The translations under genes were made by a program, and so were the position numbers. A stretch of DNA of 35,224 nt from an uncultured Clostridia bacterium (GTDB lineage Bacteria > Aerophobota > Aerophobia > Aerophobales > B3-G15): NCBI GenBank assembly GCA_964422215.1, contig CAYRAK010000002.1, positions 1 through 35,224 of the forward strand, in the 5' to 3' direction. Positions within the stretch are counted from its first letter, which is position 1. Each line of letters starts with the position of its first letter. The notes below the pieces were generated by a model. The model saw only the letters and a list, made by a program, of their open reading frames with translations, was not told the DNA's origin and searched no databases. Shown here piece by piece: positions 1-7,789 of this stretch.

Positions 1-1
1 A

Positions 2-289
2 GGAAACATCGAAGCTTATGACACCCAAGAAAAATATCAGATTTTTATTAAAAATGGGAAAAAGAAGAAAATTAAAGTTATTATAAGGGAGTATATTCCT
101 GATACTTGGGAAATAACAGCATCAGAACCCACAGATTATACAAAAGAGGATGCTCATCATATAAAATTTGAGATTATGCTTGATCCTGGAGAGGAAAAAA
201 ATATTTTTTACAAGTTACGTCGAATTAACCTTCTTCCGAGAGAGGTGGTAAAACCTCTCGCTGGTTCTATGTTTGACCTTCAACACTAA
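2..289 (+). CDS. 3' end (95 codons plus stop) of a CDS entering from upstream of the window; C-terminal region resembles DUF4139/MuiA-type proteins
   Basis: Frame 2 is open from the window edge to TAA at 287-289. It is absent from the ORF track because it has no start in the window. The translation ...KIKVIIREYIPDTWEITASEPTDYTKEDAHHIKFEIMLDPGEEKNIFYKLRR has the beta-rich '...E.P..W.I....F.i.L.PGE....Y' tail I associate with DUF4139. The family call is from memory only. Confidence 0.45.
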   Translation, partial: GNIEAYDTQEKYQIFIKNGKKKKIKVIIREYIPDTWEITASEPTDYTKEDAHHIKFEIMLDPGEEKNIFYKLRRINLLPREVVKPLAGSMFDLQH

Positions 290-312
290 TTTGTCCAATC
301 TTTGTTAATCCA

Positions 313-972
313 ATGGAAGATATTTATTCAGAGTATCTTAATATAATAAGAGATTTCCGGGAATATCTTGAAAGAAAGATGAAAAGAATAGTCCCTTGTG
401 ATAATTCTACAAATTCTGCCTTTCTTGATGAACTTTATCAAAAGATAAAAAACTGTAAACGCTGTCCACTTTATAGAAGCAGAACAAACCTTGTTTTTGG
501 TAGGGGAAATCCTAATGCAAAATTAATGTTTATTGGTGAGGCGCCAGGAAAGGATGAAGATCTTCAGGGAAAACCATTTGTAGGAGCTGCAGGTAAACTT
601 TTTGAGAAAAGTTTAAAGGATGTTGGAATATCACTTGAAGATGTTTATATAGCCAATGTGCTAAAATGTCGCCCACCCAGAAACAGAGATCCAAAGCCTG
701 AGGAGATTGCCGCTTGTTTCCCTTATCTCCAAAAACAAATACAAATTATAAAGCCAAAAATAATATGCACCTTGGGGAAATTCTCAACTCAGACTCTTCT
801 AAATACCACCCAGGGTATTAGCTCTCTTAGAGGAAAAATTTTTTCTCTTGAGGAGGGTAGAATACTTATTCCCACCTATCATCCAGCAGCTTGCATTTAC
901 AGGCCTCCTCTAAAGGAACAATTTTTAAAAGACTTAATGTTAGTAAAGGAAAGGCTGGAAACTGATGCTTGA
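313..972 (+). CDS. Uracil-DNA glycosylase, family 4 (Fe-S cluster type)
   Basis: Hallmark family-4 UDG motifs are present: CKRCPL, GEAPGKDEDLQGKPFVGAAGKLF, VYIANVLKCRPPRNRDP, EEIAACFPYL and HPAA. There is no clear SD before the ATG at 313, so the true start could be the internal Met at codon 23. Confidence 0.9.
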   Translation: MEDIYSEYLNIIRDFREYLERKMKRIVPCDNSTNSAFLDELYQKIKNCKRCPLYRSRTNLVFGRGNPNAKLMFIGEAPGKDEDLQGKPFVGAAGKLFEKSLKDVGISLEDVYIANVLKCRPPRNRDPKPEEIAACFPYLQKQIQIIKPKIICTLGKFSTQTLLNTTQGISSLRGKIFSLEEGRILIPTYHPAACIYRPPLKEQFLKDLMLVKERLETDA

Positions 973-1037
973 CGAGTATTCTTTTTTTAGATAAATTGAT
1001 TTTTCAAAGAAACATTGTAAGTAAAGGAGTAACACAA

Positions 1038-2015
1038 ATGGAAAAAATTGATGTTGCGTGTGTAGGGATTGTAGTAGTTGATATACTCTCCAGCATCCTT
1101 CCCAAACTTCCTGATCCAGGAGAGCTTATCTCAGTAGAAGAAATATATCTTGCCTCCGGAGGATGTGCTCCCAATACTGCAGTTTCTTTGAGTAAATTGG
1201 GAGCAAAAGCAGGAGTCATTGGCAAGGCTGGAAAGGATGTTTTTGGAGATTTTATTATTGATTATCTTAAACAAAAAAATGTGGATACTTCCTTGATATC
1301 TCGCTCTGAGATATCAGGCACATCAAAAACGATAATTTTATTAACCGAAAATGAGGATAGAAGATTCATTCATAACTTCGGAGCAAATGCTGATTTTTCT
1401 CTCAAAGATATAGACTTTGACTACATATCTCAGGCAAAAGTTTTATATGTTGGAGGATATCTTGACCTTCCCAAATTAAATCAAAACTCACTTATTAAAC
1501 TTTTCAAATTTGCAAAAGAGAAAGGCATTGTAACATTTTTAGATGTGGTAGTTGCCCATCCCTCTCCTGATTTAATAAATGAATGCAAAGATGCTTTCTT
1601 ATATACAGATTATTTTCTTCCCAATCAAGATGAAGCAAGAATACTTACAGGAAAAGAAAATCCTAAGGAACAAGCAGAGACTTTCTTAAAATACAATCCT
1701 AAAATGACCACAGTTATAACCATGGGAAAGGATGGGGCTCTTCTCAGAACAGAAAAACAGGTCATCCATGCCAAAAGCTATAAGGTTAAAGTTGTTGACC
1801 CTTCGGGAGGTGGAGATGCCTTTGATGCAGGATTTATATTTGGGATTCTTAAAGGCTGGGACCTTGAGAAAACCTTAAGATTTGCAAGTGCTGTTGGAGC
1901 ATCAGCAGTTACAGCAATAGGATGCACTACTGGAGTTTTTACCCAAGATGAGGCTTTAGATTTTATAGAGAAAAATGCATTGGAAATAAAAATAAAAGAG
2001 GAGCCCTTACGTTAA
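1038..2015 (+). CDS. PfkB/ribokinase-family carbohydrate kinase (substrate not assignable)
   Basis: The N-terminal GIVVVD..., GGCAPN, and the C-terminal DPSGGGDAFDAGFIFG anion-hole/ATP motif are typical of PfkB kinases. The start is moved from the track's 969 to the ATG at 1038, which is preceded by AAGGAG (1024-1029). The 969 start would overlap the UDG stop and adds a non-homologous leader. Confidence 0.85.
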   Translation: MEKIDVACVGIVVVDILSSILPKLPDPGELISVEEIYLASGGCAPNTAVSLSKLGAKAGVIGKAGKDVFGDFIIDYLKQKNVDTSLISRSEISGTSKTIILLTENEDRRFIHNFGANADFSLKDIDFDYISQAKVLYVGGYLDLPKLNQNSLIKLFKFAKEKGIVTFLDVVVAHPSPDLINECKDAFLYTDYFLPNQDEARILTGKENPKEQAETFLKYNPKMTTVITMGKDGALLRTEKQVIHAKSYKVKVVDPSGGGDAFDAGFIFGILKGWDLEKTLRFASAVGASAVTAIGCTTGVFTQDEALDFIEKNALEIKIKEEPLR

Positions 2016-3052
2016 GGACAAACTACCACTTTCATAGCCTCTTTGCTTTCAGCAAGTTTTATAGCCTCTTCAAATCTCTCCAAGGGAAAACGATGGGTTA
2101 TAAGCTCTTTTACTTTAACCTTACCGCTTGATATGAGTTTTAAAGAAAGTTCGTTATGGTAAGGTGCTGATCCATGAGTTCCAACTACATAAAATTCTCC
2201 ATAGTGAACAAGATTAGAGTTAAAATTTATAAAGGGCCTGTCCATAGGAAGCCCCCCAAAGAAATTTATAATGCCTCGGGGAGCAACCATCTTTAAAGAA
2301 TCTTCCTGTGCCTTTGCACTAGGACAGGCAATTATTATCTTATCTGCACCTCTTCCTTCAGTTTCTTCCTTAACTCTTGGCACAGGATCCTCAAAAGAAG
2401 GATTTATTATAACATCCGGATCTACAAATTTTTTGGCAAAATTAATTCTAGATTCTGCAAGCTCAATTAAAATGAGTTTTGTTGCGCCTTTTGCTCTTGC
2501 AAGCTGGATGTGCATACATCCAAGAGGTCCTGCTCCCACAACTACAACAACATCCCCCAAACCAATATGGGAAAGTTCCTGTCCATTGATTGCACAGGCC
2601 AGAGGTTCAGCAAGAGCGGCTTCCTCAAAGGTAAGATTATCAGGGAGAGGATTAACGCATCCATTTCTCACTGCGTTCTCTGGAACAGCCATAAATTCAG
2701 CAAACCCTCCATTGTAATGGTATCCAATGGCTCTAAGGTTTAAACACATGCTTTGCATCCCTCTTCGGCAATAATAGCAACTACCACAGGGAACTGCAGG
2801 AGCAACAGCTACTCTTTGTCCAATTTGATAGCCTGTTACCTTATCTCCTATCTCGACTATTTCCCCTGCAAGCTCATGCCCTGTTACACGAGGGAAACTT
2901 AAATGTTTATGACCATGATGAAAAAGTCTTATATCAGTACCACATATAGTGCATGCTTTAACTTTAATTAAAATTTCGTATTCAGAAATTTTGGGCTTTG
3001 GTATATCTTTTATCTCAAGATCTTCAATACCTTTCAATACTGCTGCTTTCAT
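2012..3052 (-). CDS. Zn-dependent medium-chain alcohol/polyol dehydrogenase (sorbitol/threonine dehydrogenase-like)
   Basis: Catalytic Zn motifs are CTICGTDIR and GHELAGEIVEIG, the structural Zn cluster is CGSCYYCRRGMQSMC, and the Rossmann motif is VVGAGPLG. GGAGG lies 9 nt upstream of the ATG. Its stop codon interlocks with the PfkB stop (TTAA at 2012-2015). Confidence 0.85.
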   Translation of the reverse strand: MKAAVLKGIEDLEIKDIPKPKISEYEILIKVKACTICGTDIRLFHHGHKHLSFPRVTGHELAGEIVEIGDKVTGYQIGQRVAVAPAVPCGSCYYCRRGMQSMCLNLRAIGYHYNGGFAEFMAVPENAVRNGCVNPLPDNLTFEEAALAEPLACAINGQELSHIGLGDVVVVVGAGPLGCMHIQLARAKGATKLILIELAESRINFAKKFVDPDVIINPSFEDPVPRVKEETEGRGADKIIIACPSAKAQEDSLKMVAPRGIINFFGGLPMDRPFINFNSNLVHYGEFYVVGTHGSAPYHNELSLKLISSGKVKVKELITHRFPLERFEEAIKLAESKEAMKVVVCP

Positions 3053-3056
3053 AACT

Positions 3057-4238
3057 TTAGCCTCCCTTAAAATAAAAGCGATCCTCTTTTATGTTTTCTT
3101 TTATTAAAATAGCAAGGTCCTCTTTAGGATCTATTTTACAGATATTTTTAAGTACAGCATCCACACCTTCTTTTTTTCTTATTTTACTTAATTTTAAAGC
3201 TTCCTCATCTCTCTCATGGTCAAAAAAAATTGCTGCTGCTATCCCTTTAGATATATAAACCGGTCTAATTTTATACCTCTCAGTCAACCTAGCTGCTCCA
3301 ACAAGTCTTTCCTCTGGTTCTAGCTTACGTATGGGATCTCTTGCTACTCTCAGAACTGTATCTCCAAGAGCTTTATTTGCAAACCTTCGTAAAAGATCTT
3401 TCACCAGGTTATACTGCTCTTCTTCCTTAAAATGATGCTTTTTTATAAGAGCCTGACTTGTCTCCATTAAAGCTTTTTGCACAATATCCTTTATTTCTTC
3501 ATCCTCAATAGCTTCCCATATATACCTGTATCCTTTTTGGTACCCAAGATAGGCAGATATTGCATGTCCTGTATTGTGAGTAAAAAGCTTCTGCTCCTCG
3601 TAGGCAAATAAATTATCGTAGGCAATCATTCCTCTAATTTGGGGTATCTTTCCTTTAAAACCTCTTCTGTCAACTGGGAGAATATTGTATTCCTCAGCCA
3701 TTATAAAAGTGGGATCTTTTCTTCTAAGTTCTGCAGAAATAATTGGCACCATTCTACTTACTACTGTTTCAACCAATCCTAACTTTTCCTCAAGGTAGGT
3801 AAGATAGCGAGGATCAATCTCCTTTACAAGATATCCCTTTAATACTTTGCTTGCTTGGGGAATATTCTCGCAGATTATAAGATCGATAGGTTCTTTTACA
3901 CCTTCTTTTGCTCTTTTTTCAATTCCTCTTGCGATAAGAGAAGAAACAGAGGGAAGATTTTTTGCGCCTACAGCTGTAGCTAAAAGATCAGCCGACACAA
4001 TCTCTTCTGCAACTTCGTCAATATTTCTGGCGTTTATGGCCTTTATATTGTTTATAATTAAATCTTGAGGATTATCTCCTACAATTCTTAAATGGTAAAA
4101 TCCTTTTTTATTTAAAGAAGATACAAGCTCCGGGATAATATCCACAAAAACTATCTTATATCCTGATTGATGAAAAAGCTGACCTAAAAATCCTCGACCA
4201 ATGTTCCCTGCACCAAATTGAACTACTTTCTTTCTCAT
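3057..4238 (-). CDS. mtlD: Mannitol-1-phosphate 5-dehydrogenase
   Basis: It is collinear with E. coli MtlD as I recall it: the N-terminal FGAGNIGRGF, IICENI, KLFTHNTGHAISAYLG and the C-terminal ...DPIRKL... The length of 393 aa is typical. Confidence 0.85.
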   Translation of the reverse strand: MRKKVVQFGAGNIGRGFLGQLFHQSGYKIVFVDIIPELVSSLNKKGFYHLRIVGDNPQDLIINNIKAINARNIDEVAEEIVSADLLATAVGAKNLPSVSSLIARGIEKRAKEGVKEPIDLIICENIPQASKVLKGYLVKEIDPRYLTYLEEKLGLVETVVSRMVPIISAELRRKDPTFIMAEEYNILPVDRRGFKGKIPQIRGMIAYDNLFAYEEQKLFTHNTGHAISAYLGYQKGYRYIWEAIEDEEIKDIVQKALMETSQALIKKHHFKEEEQYNLVKDLLRRFANKALGDTVLRVARDPIRKLEPEERLVGAARLTERYKIRPVYISKGIAAAIFFDHERDEEALKLSKIRKKEGVDAVLKNICKIDPKEDLAILIKENIKEDRFYFKGG

Positions 4239-4400
4239 GAAGAAAGACAGACTCCTTTTGAGAGCTGTGTACTTTTAAATTTACAGAAGAGGCAAAAAAT
4301 AAGCCAATGGTGGATACAATGGTACCAAAATCTATGAACATGTCAATTTTAACAGGCTGAAAGTGAAACATTTTTAGAAAAGGCTTTTTGGCAACAGACT

Positions 4401-6677
4401 TTAAAAATTAAATCCTTTCTTTTTAAGAAGTCTAACACAAGTATTTACCACTTCTAAGTCGTAAAGTTTTCCTCTGTTTTTCTCAATTTCTTCAAGCGCC
4501 TTATCTATACCAAGGGCGGGTCTATAAGGTCTGTGAGATGACATTGCCTCAACAACATCTGCAACTGCAAGTATTTTTGCCTCAAGGATAAGTTCATCTC
4601 CCTTGAGTCCCTGGGGATAACCTGAGCCATCAAGTCTTTCATGATGCTGCAAGATAGCAAGAGCAACTGGCCAGGGAAAGTTTACATCTTTTAAAATGTC
4701 ATAACCGTATTGAGGATGAAGTTTGATCATTTCAAATTCGATTTTGCTTAGCTTGCTTGGTTTAGTAAGAACCTCAGAAGGGACATAAATCTTGCCAATA
4801 TCGTGAATAACTGCAGCCATATAAATTCCTTTAATCTTTTCCTCTGGAAGCCCCATCTCTTCTGCTATAGCTCGGGCAAGATTTGCCACTCTTTTCTGAT
4901 GTCCCGATGTATAAGGATCCCTTGTCTCTACTATCTTTGCTATAGTAAAGACAATCCCATCCGTTGTTTTTTCCAGTTGCTTAACAGTCTTTTCAAGTTC
5001 TTTTTGCCCTCTTAAAGACCTTATACCAATGATAATGTCTCCTGCTGCTCCTCCTAAAAATTTAACTTCTTCCTCTCCAAAAGCACCCTTTTTGGAAGAG
5101 TAGATGGTAAGAGTACCAAATAATTTATCTTCATCCACAATAGGAACAACTATACTTGACCTGTAGCCTCTTTTTAAAGCCTCTTCTCTCCAGAGAGAGT
5201 ATCGGGGATCATTTTCTATATCATTCACCACAAAAGGTCTTCTTTCTTTAACAGCCATTCCTGTAGGTCCCATATCATATTCGGACTTATCCCACCTTAC
5301 CTCAACAGAAGAAAGATACCCCTTTTCAAAACCTGCATAAGCAACAGGTTTTACCCTGAAGGTTTCTTTTTCCAAAAATCCTATCCAGGAAAACTTAAAG
5401 TCCTCTATCTCTTCAACAAGAATCCTGCAAATTTTCCTAAAAAGCTCAGGCTCTGTTCCAATTTCTTTAATTCTTAGAAGAATCTGGTTTATTTCTCGGA
5501 CAGCTTTTTGCAGAGAGTAAAGTCTTTTTATTTTCTCTTCCTGTTTTTTCCTCTCGGTTATATCTCGCACTATTATAAGGTCGGCTGGCTTATCTTCATA
5601 AATCATAAGATTTGCACTTACATCAACATAAAACTCTCTACCATCTTTGCCTTTAAGAACAAGCTCGTATCTCTGAGGAGTCTTTTCACCTTTTAAGCGT
5701 TTTTTGTAGCGCTCAACCAAGTAAGGAACCTCATCAGGAGGTACAAGTTCAGTAAATTGTTTTCCAACAAGTTCCTCAACACTTCCGCCCCACATTTTTG
5801 CAAGCTGAGTATTAACATACACGAGCTTCTCATCCTGAACAACACAAACACCATCACTTGCACTTTCAACTAACCTTTGGTATTTTTCCTCGCTTTGTCT
5901 AAGTTTTTCTTCAATCTTTTTTCTTTTGGTGATATCTTTTCCTATTGCTGCGAAAAAGAGCCTTTTTTTATACCTCCAGTTTGATAAGCTCCACTCAATG
6001 AAAATTTGCCTACCATCTTTTCTTAGGGCAGGAACCTCAATAGCCTCTTTTGTGGGGTGCTTAAGAAAAACAGCTTTTTTAAATCCTTCCTCAAATGCTT
6101 TGCGAAACTCTTTGGGTATAATGATGGTAACCTTCTTCCCAACTATCTCATTTTTTGAATAGCCAAATATTTTCTCTGCTGATCTGTTCCAGTAGATAAT
6201 ATTCCCTTTTTCATTAGCTATAACAATAGCGTTGGGCATTGACTCTACCAAAGAGTGAAGTCTTTTCTTGCTTTCCTCAAGCTCCTTTTCTTTTTGAAAT
6301 CTCTCTGTTACATCATGCGCCATGGAAATTACAAGGTTTATTTTTCCTCTTCTATCTTTTAAAGGAATGTTGTGCCATTCATTTATTATTATTCTTCCAT
6401 CCTTGGTTAAATTATCATTCAGACTGTAGGTGAGAACTTTCTCGGCTTTTATTGCCTCAATTACTTTTTTAACCTTATTTTCCGCACTTTTTGGAATGAG
6501 GAAGCAAAAGAAATTTTTATCTAAGACCTCCCCTTTTTTCCAGCCAAAGATACGTTCTGCACTTTTATTCCAGTCAATTACCTTAAAATCATCGAAAGTC
6601 CACACAATAAAGGCTAATGGAGATGTCTTGGTTATATCCTGATAAGTTATCTTTTCTATCAAGCCTTCATACCTCAT
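4401..6677 (-). CDS. Multi-sensor signalling protein: three PAS domains, a GAF domain and an HD-GYP (c-di-GMP phosphodiesterase-type) output
   Basis: There are three PAS-like units (repeated ...W(N)..AE.IFG(Y/W)...E..GK... and DIT(E/K)RK boundaries) and a central GAF-like segment. The C-terminal domain has HDIGKI...HHERLDGSGYP, the HD-GYP signature. The RBS GGGGGG lies just upstream of the ATG at 6677. Confidence 0.85.
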   Translation of the reverse strand: MRYEGLIEKITYQDITKTSPLAFIVWTFDDFKVIDWNKSAERIFGWKKGEVLDKNFFCFLIPKSAENKVKKVIEAIKAEKVLTYSLNDNLTKDGRIIINEWHNIPLKDRRGKINLVISMAHDVTERFQKEKELEESKKRLHSLVESMPNAIVIANEKGNIIYWNRSAEKIFGYSKNEIVGKKVTIIIPKEFRKAFEEGFKKAVFLKHPTKEAIEVPALRKDGRQIFIEWSLSNWRYKKRLFFAAIGKDITKRKKIEEKLRQSEEKYQRLVESASDGVCVVQDEKLVYVNTQLAKMWGGSVEELVGKQFTELVPPDEVPYLVERYKKRLKGEKTPQRYELVLKGKDGREFYVDVSANLMIYEDKPADLIIVRDITERKKQEEKIKRLYSLQKAVREINQILLRIKEIGTEPELFRKICRILVEEIEDFKFSWIGFLEKETFRVKPVAYAGFEKGYLSSVEVRWDKSEYDMGPTGMAVKERRPFVVNDIENDPRYSLWREEALKRGYRSSIVVPIVDEDKLFGTLTIYSSKKGAFGEEEVKFLGGAAGDIIIGIRSLRGQKELEKTVKQLEKTTDGIVFTIAKIVETRDPYTSGHQKRVANLARAIAEEMGLPEEKIKGIYMAAVIHDIGKIYVPSEVLTKPSKLSKIEFEMIKLHPQYGYDILKDVNFPWPVALAILQHHERLDGSGYPQGLKGDELILEAKILAVADVVEAMSSHRPYRPALGIDKALEEIEKNRGKLYDLEVVNTCVRLLKKKGFNF

Positions 6678-6868
6678 AATCCCCCCTGTAAAACCTATTT
6701 ATCTAGTCTAAATTGTCCTTATCTTTCAGTAAAAAAAAGACATACTGCTCCTATATGAAACAAAATGTCTGGTTTATAGATCTAAAAAATTTTTGAAAAA
6801 ATGAATGTCAAATTGATGAGTTGTCATGTGTGTTAAAAGATTGATAAACAAACTTATTATCCGTTAAG

Positions 6869-6896
6869 ATTCTACCTTTATCCTCCCGGGTGTCAA
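6869..6896 (-). promoter_or_regulatory. Candidate sigma70-type promoter for the PAS-GAF-HD-GYP gene
   Basis: The minus strand reads TTGACA (6891-6896), a 16-nt spacer, then TAGAAT (6869-6874). It has the same architecture as the other promoters in the window. It would imply a leader of roughly 185 nt. Confidence 0.35.
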
Positions 6897-7072
6897 GTTA
6901 AATTCTCCGGTTTTCTTGGGTAAGATTAGACTTTAGATTTAACTTAATTAATAATATATTGTTGGCTGGTCGGGAAATATACTTAACCAAAATACTCAAC
7001 TGCTATGAGCATTATTATCGTAGCTTTGACAAATTATAATTAATGATATATTGTAAAAATACAAAAATAGAA

Positions 7073-7789
7073 ATGAAGAAGATAATCTTTTTTTTACTAA
7101 TCTTTTTTACCCTCACCACTTCCTCTTGCTGGGCGCATTCTTTTTCGGTTGGAGAAAAACTTTCGTATATTATAAAGCTACTTGGCATCCCCATTGGTAC
7201 CCAAACTTTAAGGGTGAAAGAAACTGTCTTAAATGATGAGCCTTTGTATGTCTTAAGTTGTACAGTAAAAGCTTCTGAACTTTTATCAGTCATCTATACC
7301 CTTGATGATAGAATTGAAAGTTATGTGGATAAGAAAACTTTATATCCCCGGTTAGTAAAGATGGAAATTAAGGAGGGTTCTCGCAGAGAAAATTTGGAAA
7401 TCACAATAAAGGAAAGAGGAGATATAAAAGAAGCTGTAGTATGGGATAAAAAAGAAGGGAAGAAAAAAACACAAAAAGTTTCCCCTCCTTATCTTGACAT
7501 AGTCAGCCTAATTTATTGGATAAGGGTTCAGGAGTTAAAAATAGGTAACGAATTTGGAATTTTTCTTGTTGATTCCACTGGTGATTTTAAAAAAGTTCAC
7601 TTTCGAATCTCTGCATCTGAGAAAGTATACACCTATAGAGGAGTCATTTTTGCTTTTTTATGCGAACAAACCTCTCCCTCTAACAAGATAAAGGTATGGA
7701 TTTCACAGGATACAAAACGTATTCCTGTACAAATACAGGTAAATACTTCTCTTGGCTATTTAACTGCAATACTAAGGGAAATACGCTAA
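7073..7789 (+). CDS. Secreted DUF3108-like protein
   Basis: The signal peptide is MKKIIFFLLIFFTLTTSSCWA/HSF, followed by GEKLSYIIKLLGIPIGTQTLRV..., the N-terminal pattern I associate with DUF3108. The start is chosen at the ATG at 7073 (signal-peptide Met), not the track's 7043. The family call is from memory. Confidence 0.5.
   Translation: MKKIIFFLLIFFTLTTSSCWAHSFSVGEKLSYIIKLLGIPIGTQTLRVKETVLNDEPLYVLSCTVKASELLSVIYTLDDRIESYVDKKTLYPRLVKMEIKEGSRRENLEITIKERGDIKEAVVWDKKEGKKKTQKVSPPYLDIVSLIYWIRVQELKIGNEFGIFLVDSTGDFKKVHFRISASEKVYTYRGVIFAFLCEQTSPSNKIKVWISQDTKRIPVQIQVNTSLGYLTAILREIR

Noticed and set aside
969-1037. 23-codon extension of the PfkB kinase overlapping the UDG stop
   Set aside because: The ATG at 1038 has a strong AAGGAG RBS and starts exactly at the conserved kinase N-terminus (MEKIDVACVGIVVVD).
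2271-2743. Antisense ORFs inside well-supported genes. In the ADH gene these are 2271-2717 and 2510-2743. Analogous ORFs elsewhere are 1004-1225, 3847-4068, 4803-5015, 5508-5696, 5926-6162, 6239-6642, 7962-8177, 10356-10976, 11177-11434, 12483-12848, 14286-14495, 15512-15706, 17482-17694, 18449-18631, 20469-20657, 21102-21761, 23190-23869, 24418-24660, 25442-25732, 26447-26665, 27114-27311, 29571-29831, 30650-30865 and 33394-34257.
   Set aside because: All are nested in or antisense to genes with strong family signatures. They have low-complexity or Ser/Leu/Phe/Ile-biased composition, as expected from the complementary strand of A-rich coding DNA. They lack RBSs.
4156-4371. 71-aa minus-strand ORF overlapping the mtlD start
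   Set aside because: It overlaps the conserved MtlD N-terminus in another frame, and it has no RBS and no recognisable features.
7015-7293. 92-aa minus-strand ORF opposite the DUF3108 start
   Set aside because: It is antisense to the signal peptide and N-terminal domain of a better-supported gene, and it would run into the DUF3108 promoter region.
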